Positions 49,523 through 62,257 of a DNA stretch of 64,000 bases are shown one piece after another. A program made the translations under genes and the position numbers. Below the pieces are notes generated by a model that saw nothing but the letters and a program-made list of their open reading frames with translations, did no database searches and had not been told where the DNA came from. This DNA comes from Leucoraja erinacea. Taxonomy: Eukaryota. Every line of letters starts with the position of its first letter. The stretch's first letter is position 1. The DNA lies in the NCBI RefSeq assembly GCF_028641065.1, contig NW_026575814.1, forward strand, positions 62,001-126,000, given 5' to 3'.

Positions 49523-49860
49523 ATAACCATATAACAATTACAGCACGGAAACAGGCCATCTCGGCCCTACAAGTCCGTGCCGAACAACTTTTTTTCCCTT
49601 AGTCCCACCTGCCTGCACTCATACCATAACCCTCCATTCCCTTCTCATCCATATCCCTATCCAATTTATTTTTAAATGATACCAATGAACCTGCCTCCAC
49701 CACTTCCACTGGAAGCTCATTCCACACCGCCACCACTCTCTGTGTAAAGAAGTTCCCCCTCATATTACCCCTAAACTTCTGTCCCTTAATTCTGAAGTCA
49801 TGTCCTCTCGTTTGAATCTTCCCTATTCTCAAAGGGAAAAGCTTGTCCACATCAACTCTG
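49523..49860 (-). mobile_element. CR1 family B1 3' fragment
   Basis: ORF 49599-49850. Confidence 0.9.
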
Positions 49861-49864
49861 TTTC

Positions 49865-50596
49865 CCAGCTACTTCCTGGTGAAGATGTGACTATTGTCCG
49901 AGTCGCGTACTCGCCCTATCCCCCCCCTCCCCCCCCTCAACTGGATTGGCACGGCCTTTCCTGCTGGAGACGGACCAGTTCTTCAGCGGCGGTGCAGCGC
50001 TGGATTTATTGCGCAGCGGGCAATGCCTAACCTGGGATCGCCGTTTGAAGCTCCGGAGTGTTGGGCCTGCTGCTTCAACATCGTGGAGCTGTGGTTTGTG
50101 GAGCTTCCAGCCACGGGCGGCGCTGACTTCAACATTGTGGAGTCCTGGTGATCCCTTTGCCGAGGGCCGCCAGTGTGAATCTCCACCCAGCGCAGCCTGT
50201 GGACTTCTGGGGAGCCGCGGTCTCCGGTAGGAAGTGGTCGATTCGGAAGTCCATACCGCTGAGGATGTTCGTCCGTTCTGACGTCAGAGTTCCATCATCC
50301 CGGCGAGAGGGCCTGAACATCGGGCCGCCGGTAGCGGCGACTGCGGAGGGCTCGGGAGGCCCCAACCACGAGTGAACAACAAAGAACGTCGGAGGAAGAT
50401 GACTGAACTTTGGTGCCTTCCCTCACAGTGGGAAACTTTGATTCCGCTGTGTGGGGATGTTTATGTTAAAGACAATCGTGTGTTGTGTTCTCTTTTTATT
50501 CGTGTGGCTGTATGGTAACCACAAATTTCACTGTACCAATTGGTGTATGTGACAATAAATGTCTCGTGTCTTGTCTTGTCTTGTCTTGTCTTGTCA
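49865..50596 (+). mobile_element. CpG-rich non-autonomous retroelement with (TCTTG)n tail
   Basis: GC-rich body, tail gtgacaataaa-(tgtct)n. Confidence 0.6.
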
Positions 50597-50774
50597 GTCT
50601 TCCCTTAAACTATCCAGCTGGCGTTGGAGAGAGTCCAAAGGAGGTTTACGAGAATGACCTGGGTGGGATGATTAGGTTATGGGATGTTTGTTCTGAAGAG
50701 CATTTGACAGCTCTGGGCCTCTACTCGCTGGAGTTCAGAAGGATAAGGAGGAAACTGATTGAAACTTACCAAAT

Positions 50775-51640
50775 GGTGGCAAAAACGGGAAAGCAGACTA
50801 TTATCTAAATGGTGGCCGATTGGGAAAGGGGGAGATGCAGCGAGACCTGGGTGTCATGGTACACCAGTCATTGAAGGTAGGCATGCAGGTGCAGCAGGCA
50901 GTAAAGAAAGCGAATGGTATGTTGGCTTTCATTGCAAAAGGATTTGAGTATAGGAGCAGGGAGGTTCTACTGCAGTTGTACAGGGTCTTGGTGAGACCAC
51001 ACCTGGAGTATTGGGCACAGTTTTGATCTCCAAATCTGAGGAAGGACATTATTGCCATAGAGGGAGTGCAGAGAAGGTTCACCAGACTGATTCCTGGGAT
51101 GTCAGGACTGTCTTATGAAGAAAGACTGGATAGACTTGGTTTATACTCTCTAGAATTTAGGTTTATACTCTCTAGAATTGATTCAGATTCAGATTCAATT
51201 TAATTGTCATTGTCAGTGTACAGTACAGAGACAACGAAATGCATTGAGAGGGGATCTTATAGAAACGTACAAAATTCTTAAGGGGTTGGACAGGCTAGAT
51301 GCAGGAAGATTGTTCCCGATGTTAGGGAAGTCCAGGACAAGGGGTCACAGCTTAAGGATAAGGGGGAAATCCTTTAAAACCGAGATGAGGAGAACTTTTT
51401 TCACACAGAGTGGTGAATCTCTGGAACTCTCTGCCACAGAGGGTAGTTGAGGCCACAGTTCATTGGCCATATTTAAGAGGGAGTTAGATGTGGCCCTTGT
51501 GGTTAAGGGGATCAGGGGGTATGGAGAGAAGGCAGGTACGGGATACTGAGTTGGATGATCAGCCATGATCATATTGAATGGCGGTGCAGGCTCGAAGGGC
51601 CGAATGGCCTCTACTCCTGCACCTAATTTCTATGTTTCTA
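50775..51640 (+). mobile_element. CR1 family A fragment interrupted by a short tail element (~51180-51243)
   Basis: A-family ORF remnants. Confidence 0.85.
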
Positions 51641-51981
51641 AATAATGAAAGGCCTGGATAGAGTGGGCGTGCAGATGATGTTTCCACTGGTGGGGGAGTT
51701 CAGAAACAAACGGCACGGCCTCAGAATCAAAGGATACCTTCAGAATGGAGATGAGGAGGAATTTCTTTAGCCAGAGGGTGGTGAATCCATGGAATTAATT
51801 GCCATGGACGGATGTGGAGCCCATTATTGGGCATTTTACAAGCAGAGAGTGATAGGTTCTCGATTAGTAAGGCCATCAAAGGTTACGGGGAGAATGGGAT
51901 TAAGTGGGCAAGGTAGATCAGTTATGAATGAATGGCTGAGCAGAATCGATGGGCCGAATTGCCTAATTCTACTTCTATATC

Positions 51982-52594
51982 ATATAACCATATAACCCCA
52001 TATAACAATTACAGCACGGAAACAGGCCATCTCGACCCTTCTAGTCCGTGCCGAACACATAATCTCCCCTAGTCCCATATACCTGCGCTCAGACCATAAC
52101 CCTCCATTCCCTTCCCATCCATATAACTATCCAATTTATTTTTAAATGATAAAAAACGAACCTGCCTCCACCACCTTCACTGGAAGCTCATTCCACACAG
52201 CTACCACTCTCTGAGTAAAGAAGTTCCCCCTCATGTTACCCCTAAACTTCAGTCCCTTAATTCTCATGTCATGTCCCCTTGTTTGAATCTTCCCTACTCT
52301 CAGTGGGAAAAGCTTTTCCACGTCAACTCTGTCTATCCTCTCATCATTTTAAAGACCTCTATCAAGTCCCCCCTTAACCTTCTGCGCTCCAAAGAATAAA
52401 GCCCTAACTTGTTCAACCTTTCTCTGTAACTTAGTTGCTGAAACCCAGGCAACATTCTAGTAAATCTCCTCTGTACTCTCTCTATTTTGTTGACATCCTT
52501 CCTATAATTAGGCGACCAAAATTGTACACCATACTCCAGAATTGGCCTCACCAATGCCTTGTACAATTTTAACATTACATCCCAACTTCTATAC
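51982..52594 (-). mobile_element. CR1 family B2 3' fragment
   Basis: ORF 52333-52599. Confidence 0.9.
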
Positions 52595-52669
52595 CTCATG
52601 AACTTATCTACAAAAATCCACTTCTACCAGCTCCTGTTGGGGGGCAGTTCCAAACACCCACTGCGCTTG

Positions 52670-54135
52670 CAGATAGTGAAGATGGATGTGAAAGATTGCA
52701 GCAGGATCTTGATAGATTGGCCAGGTCGGCTGAAGAATGGTTGATGGAATTTAATACAGAGAAATGTGAGATGTTGCATTTTGGGATGTCGAACAAGGGC
52801 AGTGAACGTTAGGCCTCTGGGAAGTGTTGTGGAGCAGAGGGATCTAGGAGCACAGGTGCATGGTTCCTTCAAGGTAGAGTCGCAGGTAGAGAAGGGTGTC
52901 AAAAAGGCGTTTGGCACTTTGGCCTTCATCAGTCAGAGTATTGAATAGAGAAGTTGGGAGGTCATGTTGCAGTTGTATAAGATGTTGGTGAGACCGCATT
53001 TAGAATATTGTGTTCAAGAAGGAACTACAGATGCTGGAAAATCGAAGGTACACAAAAATGCTGGAGAAACTCAGCGGGTGCAGCAGCATCTATGGAACGA
53101 AGGAAATAGTGACGTTTCGGGCCGAAACCCTTCTTCAGACTGATATTGATATTAGAATATTGTGTTCTGGGCACCACGTTATAGGAAAGATATTGTCAAG
53201 CTTGAAAGGGTTCAGAGATGATTTACGAGGATGTTGCCAGGAATAGAGGGTGTGAGCTATAGGGAGAGGTTGAGTAGGCTGGGTCTCTATTCTTTGGAGC
53301 ACAGGAGGATGAGGGGTGATCTTATTGAGTTGCATAAAATCATGAGAGGAATAGATCGGGGTAAATGCACAGAGTCTCTTGCCCAGAGTGGGGGAATCAA
53401 GGACCAGAGGACATAGGTTCAAGATGAAGGGGAAAGGATTCAATAGGAATCTGAGGGGTAACTTTTTCACACTGCGGGTGGTGGGTGTATGGAACAAGCT
53501 GCCAGAGGAGGTAGTTGAGGCTGGGAATATCCCAACGTTTAAGAAATAGTTATACAGGTACATGGATAGGACAGGTTTGGAGGGATATAGAAACATAGAA
53601 ACATAGACAATAGGTGCAGGAGTAGAGGCCATTCGGCCCTTCGAGCCTGCACCGCCATTCAATATGATCATGGCTGATCATCCAACTCAGTATCCCGTAC
53701 CTGCCTTCTCTCCATACCCCCTGATCCCCTTAGCCCCAAGGGCCACATCTAACTCCCTCTTAAATATAGCCAATGAACTGTGGCCTCAACTACCCTCTGT
53801 GGCAGAGAGTTCCAGAGATTCACCACTCTCTGTGTGAAAAAAGTTCTTCTCATCTCGGTTTTTTAAAGGATTTCCCCCTTATCCTTAAGCTGTGACCCCT
53901 TGTCCTGGACTTCCCTAACATCGGGAACAATCTTCCTGCATCTAGCCTGTCCAACCCCTTAAGAATTTTGTAAGTTTCTATAAGATCCCCTCTCAATCTT
54001 CTAAAAATTCTAGAGAGTATAAACCAAGGATGGACCAAGCACATGCAGGTGGGACTAGTGTAGCTGGGACATGTTGGCCGGTGTGGGCTAGTTGGGCCGA
54101 AGGGCCTGTTTCCACACTGTATCACCCTGTGACTT
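52670..54135 (+). mobile_element. Older CR1 hosting a Penelope repeat (~53010-53145) and CR1-A (-, 53588-54027)
   Basis: EQRDLGAQVHGSFKV..KKAFGTLAFI motifs. Confidence 0.75.
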
Positions 54136-54299
54136 TGATTCTTGTGGGTTGATGGATTTCTGCTAAATTTGCAACCGCATTTGCTGCTGCACGCGATTCA
54201 GTGACGGCTTCTATTTATACACTTCTCACATTTGGAAACCACTGTCAAAGCATTTAATTTTAATTTAGGTTAGAGATACAGTGTGGAAGCAGGCCCTTC

Positions 54300-55257
54300 C
54301 TCACCTCAATACTAAATGGCCTACCCCCAATTCTTAAACTGTGACCCCTGGTTCTGGACTCCCCCAACATCAGGAACATGTTTCACGCATCTAGCCTGTC
54401 CAATCAATCCTTTAAGAATGTTATATGTTTCTATAAGATACCCTCTCATCCTTCTAAATTCCACTGAATACAAGCCCAGCCGACTCATTCTTTCATCACA
54501 TGTCAGTGCCATCATCGCGGGAATTAACCTGGTGAACATACGCTGTACTTCCTCAATAGCAATAATGTTCTTCCTCAAATTACGAGACCAAAATTGCACA
54601 CAATACTCCAGGTGCAGTCTCACCAGGGCCCTGTACAACTACAGTAGGACTTCCTTGCTCCTAAACTCAAAAACCTCTTGCAATGAAGGCCAACATTGAA
54701 TGAGCTTTCTTCACTGCCTGCTGCGACTTACTTTCAGTGACTGGTGTAAAAGGACACGCAGGTCTCGTGCACTTCCCCTTTTCTTATATCTGACATCATT
54801 CAGATAACAATCTGCCTTGTTCTTACCACCTCACATTTATCCACATTAAACTGCATCTGCCATGCATCTTCCCCCTCACCCTACCTATCCAAGTCACACT
54901 GCAGCCTCATAGCATCCTCCTCACAGCTCACACTACCCCCCAGCTTTGTTTCATCCACAAACTTGGAGATGTTACATTTAATTCCTTCGCCTAAATCGTT
55001 AATATATATTGTAAATAACTGGGGTCCCAGCATTGCGCCTTGCGGCACCCCACTAGTCACTGCCTGCGATCCCGTATAGGATCCGTTAATTCCTACTCTT
55101 TACTTCCTGTCTGCCAACCAGTTCTCTATTCATGTCAATACCCTACCGCCAATAACATGTGGTCTAATTTTGCACACTAATCTCTTGTGTGGGACCTTGC
55201 CAAAGGGTTTTTGAAAGTCCAGATACACCACATCCACTGGTTCTCACTTATCCATTC
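54300..55257 (-). mobile_element. Older A-related CR1 RT fragment
   Basis: YRALVRLHLEYCVQFWS and degenerate GVPQG region. Confidence 0.75.
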
Positions 55258-56194
55258 TGGCAAACAGGAAGCAAAGAGTAGGAGTAAACTGCTTTTCACA
55301 ATGGCGGGCAGTGACTAGTGGGGTACCGCAAGGCTCAGTGCTGGGACCCCAGCTATTTACAATATATATTAATGATCTGGATGAGGGAATTGAAGGCAAT
55401 ATCTCCAAGTTTGCGGATGACACGAAGCTGGGGGGCAGTGTTAGCTATGAGGAGGATGCTAGGAGACTGCAAGGTGACTTGGATAGGCTGGGTGAGTGGG
55501 CAAATGTTTGGCAGATGCAGTATAATGTGGATAAATGTGAGGTTATCCATTTGGTGGCAAAAACAGGAAAGCAGACTATTATCTAAATGGTGGCCGATTG
55601 GGAAAAGGGGAGATGCAGCGAGACCTGGGTGTCATGGTACACCAGTCATTGAAAGTAGGCATGCAGGTGCAACAGGCAGTGAAGAAAGCGAATGGTATGT
55701 TAGCTTTCATAGCAAAAGGATTTGAGTATAGGAGCAGGGAGGTTCTACTGCAGTTATACAGGGTCTTGGTGAGACCACACCTGGAGTATTGCGTACAGTT
55801 TTGGTCTCCAAATGTGAGGAAGGGTTCTTATAGAAACTTACAAAATTCTTAAGGAGTTGGATGCGGGAAGATTGTTCCTGATGTTGGGGAAGTCCAGGAC
55901 AAGGGGTCACAGCTTAAGGATAAGGGGGAAATCCTTTAAAACCGAGATGAGAAAAACTTTTTTCACACAGAGAGTGGTGAATCTCTGGAACTCTCTGCCG
56001 CAGAGGGTAGTTGAGGCCAGTTCATTGGCTATATTTAAGAGGGAGTTAGCTGTGGCCCTTGTGGCTAAGGGGATCAGGGGGTATGGAGAGAAGGCAGGTA
56101 CGGGATACTGAGTTGGATGATCAGCCATGATCATATTGAATGGCGGTGCAGGCTCGAAGGACCGAATGGCCTACTCCTGCACCTAATTTCTATG
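55258..56194 (+). mobile_element. CR1 family A RT-to-3' fragment with internal deletion
   Basis: GVPQGSVLGPQLFTIYINDL, KFADD, tail. Confidence 0.9.
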
Positions 56195-56261
56195 TTGAAG
56201 GATATGGCGGACCAATTGAATAACTACTTTGGTTCCGTCTTCACTAAGGAAGACATAAATA

Positions 56262-56935
56262 ATTTGAACAATTTTTGTAGTTCATCCATGCAGTCTTTAA
56301 ATGTCTTCCATTGCATATCCACCGTCAACCCTTTTAGAATTAATTGCCAGTCAATCTTGGCCAATTCACGTCTCATACCCTCAAAGTTACCTTTCTTTAA
56401 GTTCAGAACCATTGTTTCTGAATTAACAATGTCACTCTCCATGCTAATGAAGAACTCAACCATATTATGGTCACTCTTGCCCAAGGGGCCACGCACAACA
56501 AGATTGCTAACTAACCCTTCCTCATTACTCAATACCCAGTCTAAATAGCCTGCTCTCTCGTTGGTTCCTCTACATGTTGATTTAGATAACTATCCCGCAT
56601 ACATTCCAAGAAATCCTCTTCCTCAGCACCCCTGCCAATTTGATTCACCCAATCTATATGTAGATTGAAGTCACCCATTATAACTGTTTTGCCTTTGTCG
56701 CACGCATTTCTAATTTCCTGTTTGATACCATCTCCAACTTCACTACTACTGTTAGGTGGCCTGTACACAACACCCACCAGCGTTTTCTGCCCCTTAGTGT
56801 TTCGCAGCTCTACCCATACCGATTCCACATCCTCCAAACTAATGTCCTTCCTTTCCATTGCATTAATCCCCTCTCTAATCAGTAACGCTACCCCACCTCC
56901 TTTTCCTTTCTCTGTATCCCTCCTAAATGTTGAAT
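56262..56935 (-). mobile_element. CR1 AP-endonuclease domain fragment
   Basis: VGVVYRPPN, IMGDFN, LGKSDH motifs. Confidence 0.9.
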
Positions 56936-57189
56936 ATTATGTATGTATGTCATACATACATACAATACAATAAAAAAACAACAATAAACACATATTAACA
57001 TCCACCACAGTGAGTCTACCTAGCATCTCCTCACTGTGATGGGAGGCAAAAAGTCTTAGGTCTACAGTCTCTTCCCTCCTCTTCTCCCTCTGCGCTACGG
57101 CGATACCCCACCGGGTGATGTGAAAACAGTCCCGCGGCTCAAACACCGCGGCCCGGGGTGGTCGAAGCTGCCGTCCACCAGTCCTGCTT

Positions 57190-57800
57190 CAAGGCATTGG
57201 TGAGGCCAATTCTGGAGTACGGTGTACAGTTTTGGTCGCCTAATTATAGGAAGCATGTCAACAAAATAGAGAGAGTACAGAGGAGATTTACTAGAATGTT
57301 GCCTGGGTTTCAGCAACTAAGTTACAGAGAAAGGTTGAACAAGTTAGGGCTTTATTCTTTGGAGCGCAGAAGGTTAAGGGGGGACTTGATAGAGGTTTTT
57401 AAAATGATGAGAGGGATAGACAGAGTTGACGTGGAAAAGCTTTTCCCACTGAGAGTAGGGAAGATTCAAACAAGGGGACATGACATGAGAATTAAGGGAC
57501 TGAAGTTTAGGGGTAACATGAGGGGGAACTTCTTTATTCAGAGAGTGGTAGCTGTGTGGAATGAGCTTCCAGAGAAGGTGGTGGAGGCAGGTTCGTTTTT
57601 ATCATTTAAAAATAAATTGGATAGTTATATGGATGGGAAGGGAATGGAGGGTTATGGTCTGAGCGCAGGTATATGGGACTAGGGGAGATTATGTGTTCGG
57701 CACGGACTAGAAGGGTCGAGATGACCTGTTTCCGTGCTGTAATTGTTATATGGTTATATGGTTATATGGTTATATGGTTATATGGTTATATGGTTATATG
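57190..57800 (+). mobile_element. CR1 family B2 3' fragment with long tail, inside a CpG-rich element (~56937-57975, -)
   Basis: ORF 57158-57682. Confidence 0.9.
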
Positions 57801-58394
57801 GCCCGCGGCCGAACCCCGGACTCAGGTCACCGCCGCCAAAACACCGTCCCAGCCACCGGAGCACCGTTCCAGCCCCGAGCCGGATCGCCCTCACGTAAGT
57901 ACCGCGCAGCCTCGCGCCAGGCCGCCCCGACATGGGCGCCACTCCTCCCTCGGGCCGGGCCGCCATGAGGAATTCTGAAGCGGTACCAAAGAAATGGGCC
58001 GTGGTTTAACCCAGGGCAAGAGAGATGGGAGACATGTCCGCTGAGTGGGAAGGACATGGGCAGGGGAGAGGAAAGGGGAAGAGGAAGAGTTAGAGGGAGC
58101 CCACCATGGGTGTGGGAGAGCACATGGTGGGCGAGTGACAGAGTGGTACAGCATGGAAACAGGCCATTCGGCCCACCACGTTCATGTTGATCGGTGGCCA
58201 CCAATTAGAATTAATCCCATTCCCCCAGCTATCGGTCCCAAGCTCTCAATGTGATTCAAGAGCATGTCCACACACTTTGTAAATGCTGTAAGTGACTCTG
58301 CTTCCACCTCCCCCTTGCCGTGGTGTGTCCCAGGTACTCACCACACTCTGGCTGAGAAAGGTCCCTCCGATCATCTGTAAATCTCTTTCCCTTT

Positions 58395-59362
58395 ACCATA
58401 AATCTTGGAGGAGGAGGCATCTTGGGGAACGGCTGCTAACCGACAGCCGTCTGTTTAATTCACTTTGTTTTTGTAGTTCTAGTGATTCCTGTGTTTTGTT
58501 TGTGGGAGAAATAGACTTTTTAATGTCGGGGGAAAGGGGAAACTATTTTCTAGGTCCCTACCTGGTCGGTGAGGCAGCTTTTTCTCCGGGCTGCCCCATC
58601 GACCCGCCCTTGAGGCCTACCAGCGGGCGTGGAGCGCCGTTTCCTGGCGGGGCCCGCCCAGCACCTCGCCTTCGGTGGCGGCACAGCGCTGGAGCGCTAT
58701 CGCGGGACGGAGCAAGCGATGCCTTGCCTGGGTCGCCGCGCTGGAGCTCCGGTGAGCTGTGATCGCCGAGTTCAACACCTCCGGGCTGCGGAGCGGAGCG
58801 GGAGGCGCCGACTTCAACATCGGGAGCCTGGGAGCTCCAAACCAGCGCGGCCTTGTCGGCTTCGGAAGCCGCGGTCTCCGGTAAGGAAGCGGCCGTTCCA
58901 GGTGGCCAAGCCGCTGTGAGGACTCTCGCGACGCCGGGGCAACAGCACCCGGCGAGAACGGCCAGGAACATCGGGCCTCCGTAGAGGCAATAGAGGCCTC
59001 ACTAGGCCTGACTTTGGGAGAACTAGGGATGGGGACTGGACATTGTGCCTTCCCCCACAGTGGTAACCGTTGTGGGGGGATGATTTTTGTGTGTAAGTGA
59101 TTATTTTAGTTTGTGTCCAAGATGGCTGTCGGAAGGGAGAGTGTACGCTGGCACGGTTTAGCTGCCGCTGCTCTCTCTTCACATTGTGTTTTTGATTTTT
59201 TTTGTCTTTGGATCGAATTCTGTCATTAATTTGTGTATTGATGATGTCTTTATTATTTATTTTACTCCGATTATATGTTTTTTACTCTTGTTAAATTCTG
59301 TAAGGTGTCCTTGAGACTTTTGAAAGGCGCCCACAAATAAAATTTATTATCATTATTATTAT
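58395..59362 (+). mobile_element. CpG-rich non-autonomous element with L2-type 3' tail
   Basis: Tail tgtaaggtgtccttgag..tgaaaggcgcccacaaataaa(att)n. Confidence 0.6.
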
Positions 59363-59394
59363 AAATCTACATCCTCTTGTGTTATCTCTCTTTG

Positions 59395-59698
59395 ATTTAG
59401 TTTAGTCTTTATTTTAGAGATACAGCTTGGAAACAGGCCCTTCGGCCCATCGAGTCCGCGCTGACAATTGATCGCCCATTCACACTACGTCTATCCTACA
59501 CACTAGGGACAATTTACAGAAGCCAATTGACCGGCAAATCTGCTCTTCTGTGGGACGTGAGCTGAAACCGGAGCACCAGGGGAAAACCCACGTCATCACA
59601 GGGAGAACGTGCAAACACCATACAGACAGCACCTGTGGTCAGGATCAAACCCGGGTCTCTGGCGCCGTAAGGCAGTAGCTCTACCGCTGCGCCACTGT
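59395..59698 (-). mobile_element. tRNA-derived V-SINE (HE1-like), full length
   Basis: A box tggcgcagcgg, B box ggtttgatcc, V-domain, tail. Confidence 0.85.
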
Positions 59699-59724
59699 GG
59701 GGAAAGACATTTTGCATGTATAGG

Positions 59725-60345
59725 AAGAGAGAGTGTGGGGAGAGAGTGGAGCGGGAGTGTGGGAGAGAGTGTAGGGGGAGTGTGGGAGAGAGTGCAGGGA
59801 GAGTGTAGGGGGAGTGTGGGAGAGAGTGTAGGGGGTGTGGATGGAGTTTGAGAGAGAGAACACGGGGAGTGAGAGGTTGTTCAGGGCAGTGAGAGGGAGT
59901 GCATGGGCCTAGTGATGTGTAGAGTACTGGAGTACAGAGGGAGTGGGATAGTGGAGAGTGGGATAGTGAGGATTGGTATGCAGGGGATTGGGATGGAGGG
60001 GATTAGGATAGTGGGGATTGGGATGGAGGGGATTGGGATGGAGGGGTTTGGGATGGAGGGGATTGGGATGGAGGGGTTTGGGATGGAGGGGATTGGGATG
60101 GAGGGGATTGGGATGGAGGGGTTTGGGATGGAGGGGATTGGGGTGGAGGGGATTGGGATGGAGGGGTTTGGGATGGAGGGGTTTGGGATGGAGGGGATGG
60201 GATGGAGGGGATTGGGAGGGGTTTGGGGAGGGGATTGGGATGGAGGGGATTGGGATGGAGGGGTTTGGGATGGAGGGGTTTGGGATGGAGGGGAGTGGCA
60301 GGGTAGGGATGGCGGGGAGTGGGAAGGCAGGGAGTGAGATGGAGG
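59725..60345. repeat. G-rich minisatellites: ~23-bp GA-rich units, then (GGGGATTGGGATGGA)n, about 20 copies at ~59983-60293
   Basis: Direct tandem units. Confidence 0.9.
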
Positions 60346-60429
60346 GGTTCAATGCTGTAAGAATGTGGGACAGGGGGAGTGGGGTGTGGGCAGTTGTGTA
60401 AAGGTGAGTGGGATAGAATGGGAGGGGAG

Positions 60430-60783
60430 TGTGATAGTCCGCGGGGCTGTGGATCACGGTGACAGCGTTAGTCACTGGGCGCTGCCTCCCGCTCGCTACA
60501 CATTGATGCAATCTGACCTGATCCACCCGCAAGGCAGACTTGTATGCGTTTCCTCTACACACCCCCCTCTCCTCCCCTCCCCTCCCCTCCCACTACTACA
60601 CTCCCCGAGCGGGGGGTGGCGAGCACTGCAGGGAAATTGGCTCTCAGTCCGACTTTCTCCTGCTGGCTGCTTCCTGCTTTCTGTTGAGAGCTCTGCTCAT
60701 TATCCACCCAGTCAATTTTAATTCCGCCCTCAGCACTTCACCGAACAGCAGCGACGGTTCAGTCGGTGTGAGGAGCGGCCAAG
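60430..60783 (+). promoter_or_regulatory. CpG-rich promoter/5' UTR of host gene C
   Basis: Non-repeat CpG-rich sequence directly upstream of a leader exon. Contains ATTGG (inverted CCAAT, ~60636), Ets-like CTTCCTG and GC-box CCGCCC (~60724). Confidence 0.6.
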
Positions 60784-60859
60784 ATGGAAAGTTGTAACGT
60801 ACCTGTATCACTCCTGTTCGCCGTCTTGTCTCTCTGCTCTGTGTCGGGAGACCACGCAG
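60784..60859 (+). CDS. Host gene C: first coding exon, signal peptide MESCNVPVSLLFAVLSLCSVSGDHA-(G/x)
   Basis: Strong Kozak context gccaagATGG, hydrophobic core, small-residue cleavage region (VSG or DHA), donor CAG|gtaaga, 76 nt (phase 1). Confidence 0.85.
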
Positions 60860-60938
60860 GTAAGACAGTGTCATTTGGAAAACCAAATTATATTGGATAA
60901 AGCTTTTCCCACTGAGAGTAGGGAAGATTCTCCAGTTC

Positions 60939-61401
60939 AATGTTGCCTGGGTTTCAACAACTAAGTTACAGAGAAAGGTTGAACAAGTTAGGGCTTTATT
61001 CTTTGGAGCGCAGAAGGTTAAGGGGGGACTTGATAGAGGTTTTTAAAATGATGAGAGGGATAGACAGAGTTGACGTGGAAAAGCTTTTCCCACTGAGAGT
61101 AGGGAAGATTCAAGCAAGGGGACATGACATGAGAATTAAGGGACTGAAGTTTAGGGGTAACATGAGGGGGAACTTCTTTACTCAGAGAGTGGTAGCTGTG
61201 TGGAATGAGCTTCCAGTGAAGGTGGTGGAGGCAGGTTCGTTTTTATCATTTAAAAATAAATTGGATAGTTATATGGATGGGAAGGGAATGGAGGGTTATG
61301 GTCTGAGCGCAGGTATATGGGACTAGGGGAGATTATGTGTTCGGCACGGACTAGAAGGGTCGAGATGGCCTGTTTCCGTGCTGTAATTGTTATATGGTTA
61401 T
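60939..61401 (+). mobile_element. CR1 family B2 3' fragment in intron 1 of gene C
   Basis: ORF 60940-61326. Confidence 0.9.
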
Positions 61402-61803
61402 ATTCTTCGGGAAAGTAACAGGAGAAACTCAGCGGGTCGGGCAGCATCCGTGGAGGGAAGTGGACAATCTTTGTCCCAGGGGTTGGAAATCGGCAGCCAG
61501 AAGGCATAGGGTGAGAGGGGGAAGATTTAATAGGAACATTTTCACTCAGATGGTGTGTGGTGGGAACACGGGATGAGTTGCCAGGGGAAGTATGTAGGAA
61601 GAAACTGCAGATGCCGGTTTAACCTGTAGACACAAAATGCTGGAGTAACTCAGCGGGACAGGCAGCATCGCTGGAGAGAGGGAACGGCTGACGTTTTGGG
61701 TCGAGACCCTTCTTCAGACTGCGGAGGAAGATGAGGCAGAATCAGTAACAACATTTAAAAGACACATGGACAGGTGCGTGGGTAGGGTAGATAGGTGGAG
61801 AGT

Positions 61804-62257
61804 CAACAACTAAGTTACAGAGATAGGTTGAATAAGTTAGGTCTTTATTCTCTGGAGCGCAGAAGGTTAAGGGGGGACCTGATAGAGGTCTTTAAAATGA
61901 TGAGAGGGATAGACAGAGTTGATGGGGACAAGCTTTTCCCTTTGAGAATAGGGAAGATTCAAACAAGAGGACATGACTTCAGAATTAAGGGACAGAAGTT
62001 TAGGGGTAATATGAGGGGGAACTTCTTTACGCAGAGAGTGGTGGCGGTGTGGAATGAGCTCCCAGTGGAAGTGGTAGAGGCAGGTTCATTGGTATCATTT
62101 AAAAATAAATTGGATAGGCATATGGATGAGAAGGGAATGGAGGGTTATGGTATGAGTGCAGGCAGGTGGGACTAAGGGGAAAAAAAATTTGTTCGGCATG
62201 GACTTGTAGGGCCGAGATGGCCTGTTTCCGTGCTGTAATTGTTATATGGTTATATGG
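61804..62257 (+). mobile_element. CR1 family B1 3' fragment
   Basis: ORF 61795-62175. Confidence 0.9.

Noticed and set aside
372-56134. Recurrent 75-aa ORF MIMADHPTQYPVP.. as a conserved small gene
   Set aside because: Antisense frame of the CR1-A 3' end. It recurs only because the copies are young.
59903-60562. GIGME / GWRGL / HPNPL repeat proteins
   Set aside because: Translations of a 15-bp minisatellite with no splice or start support.
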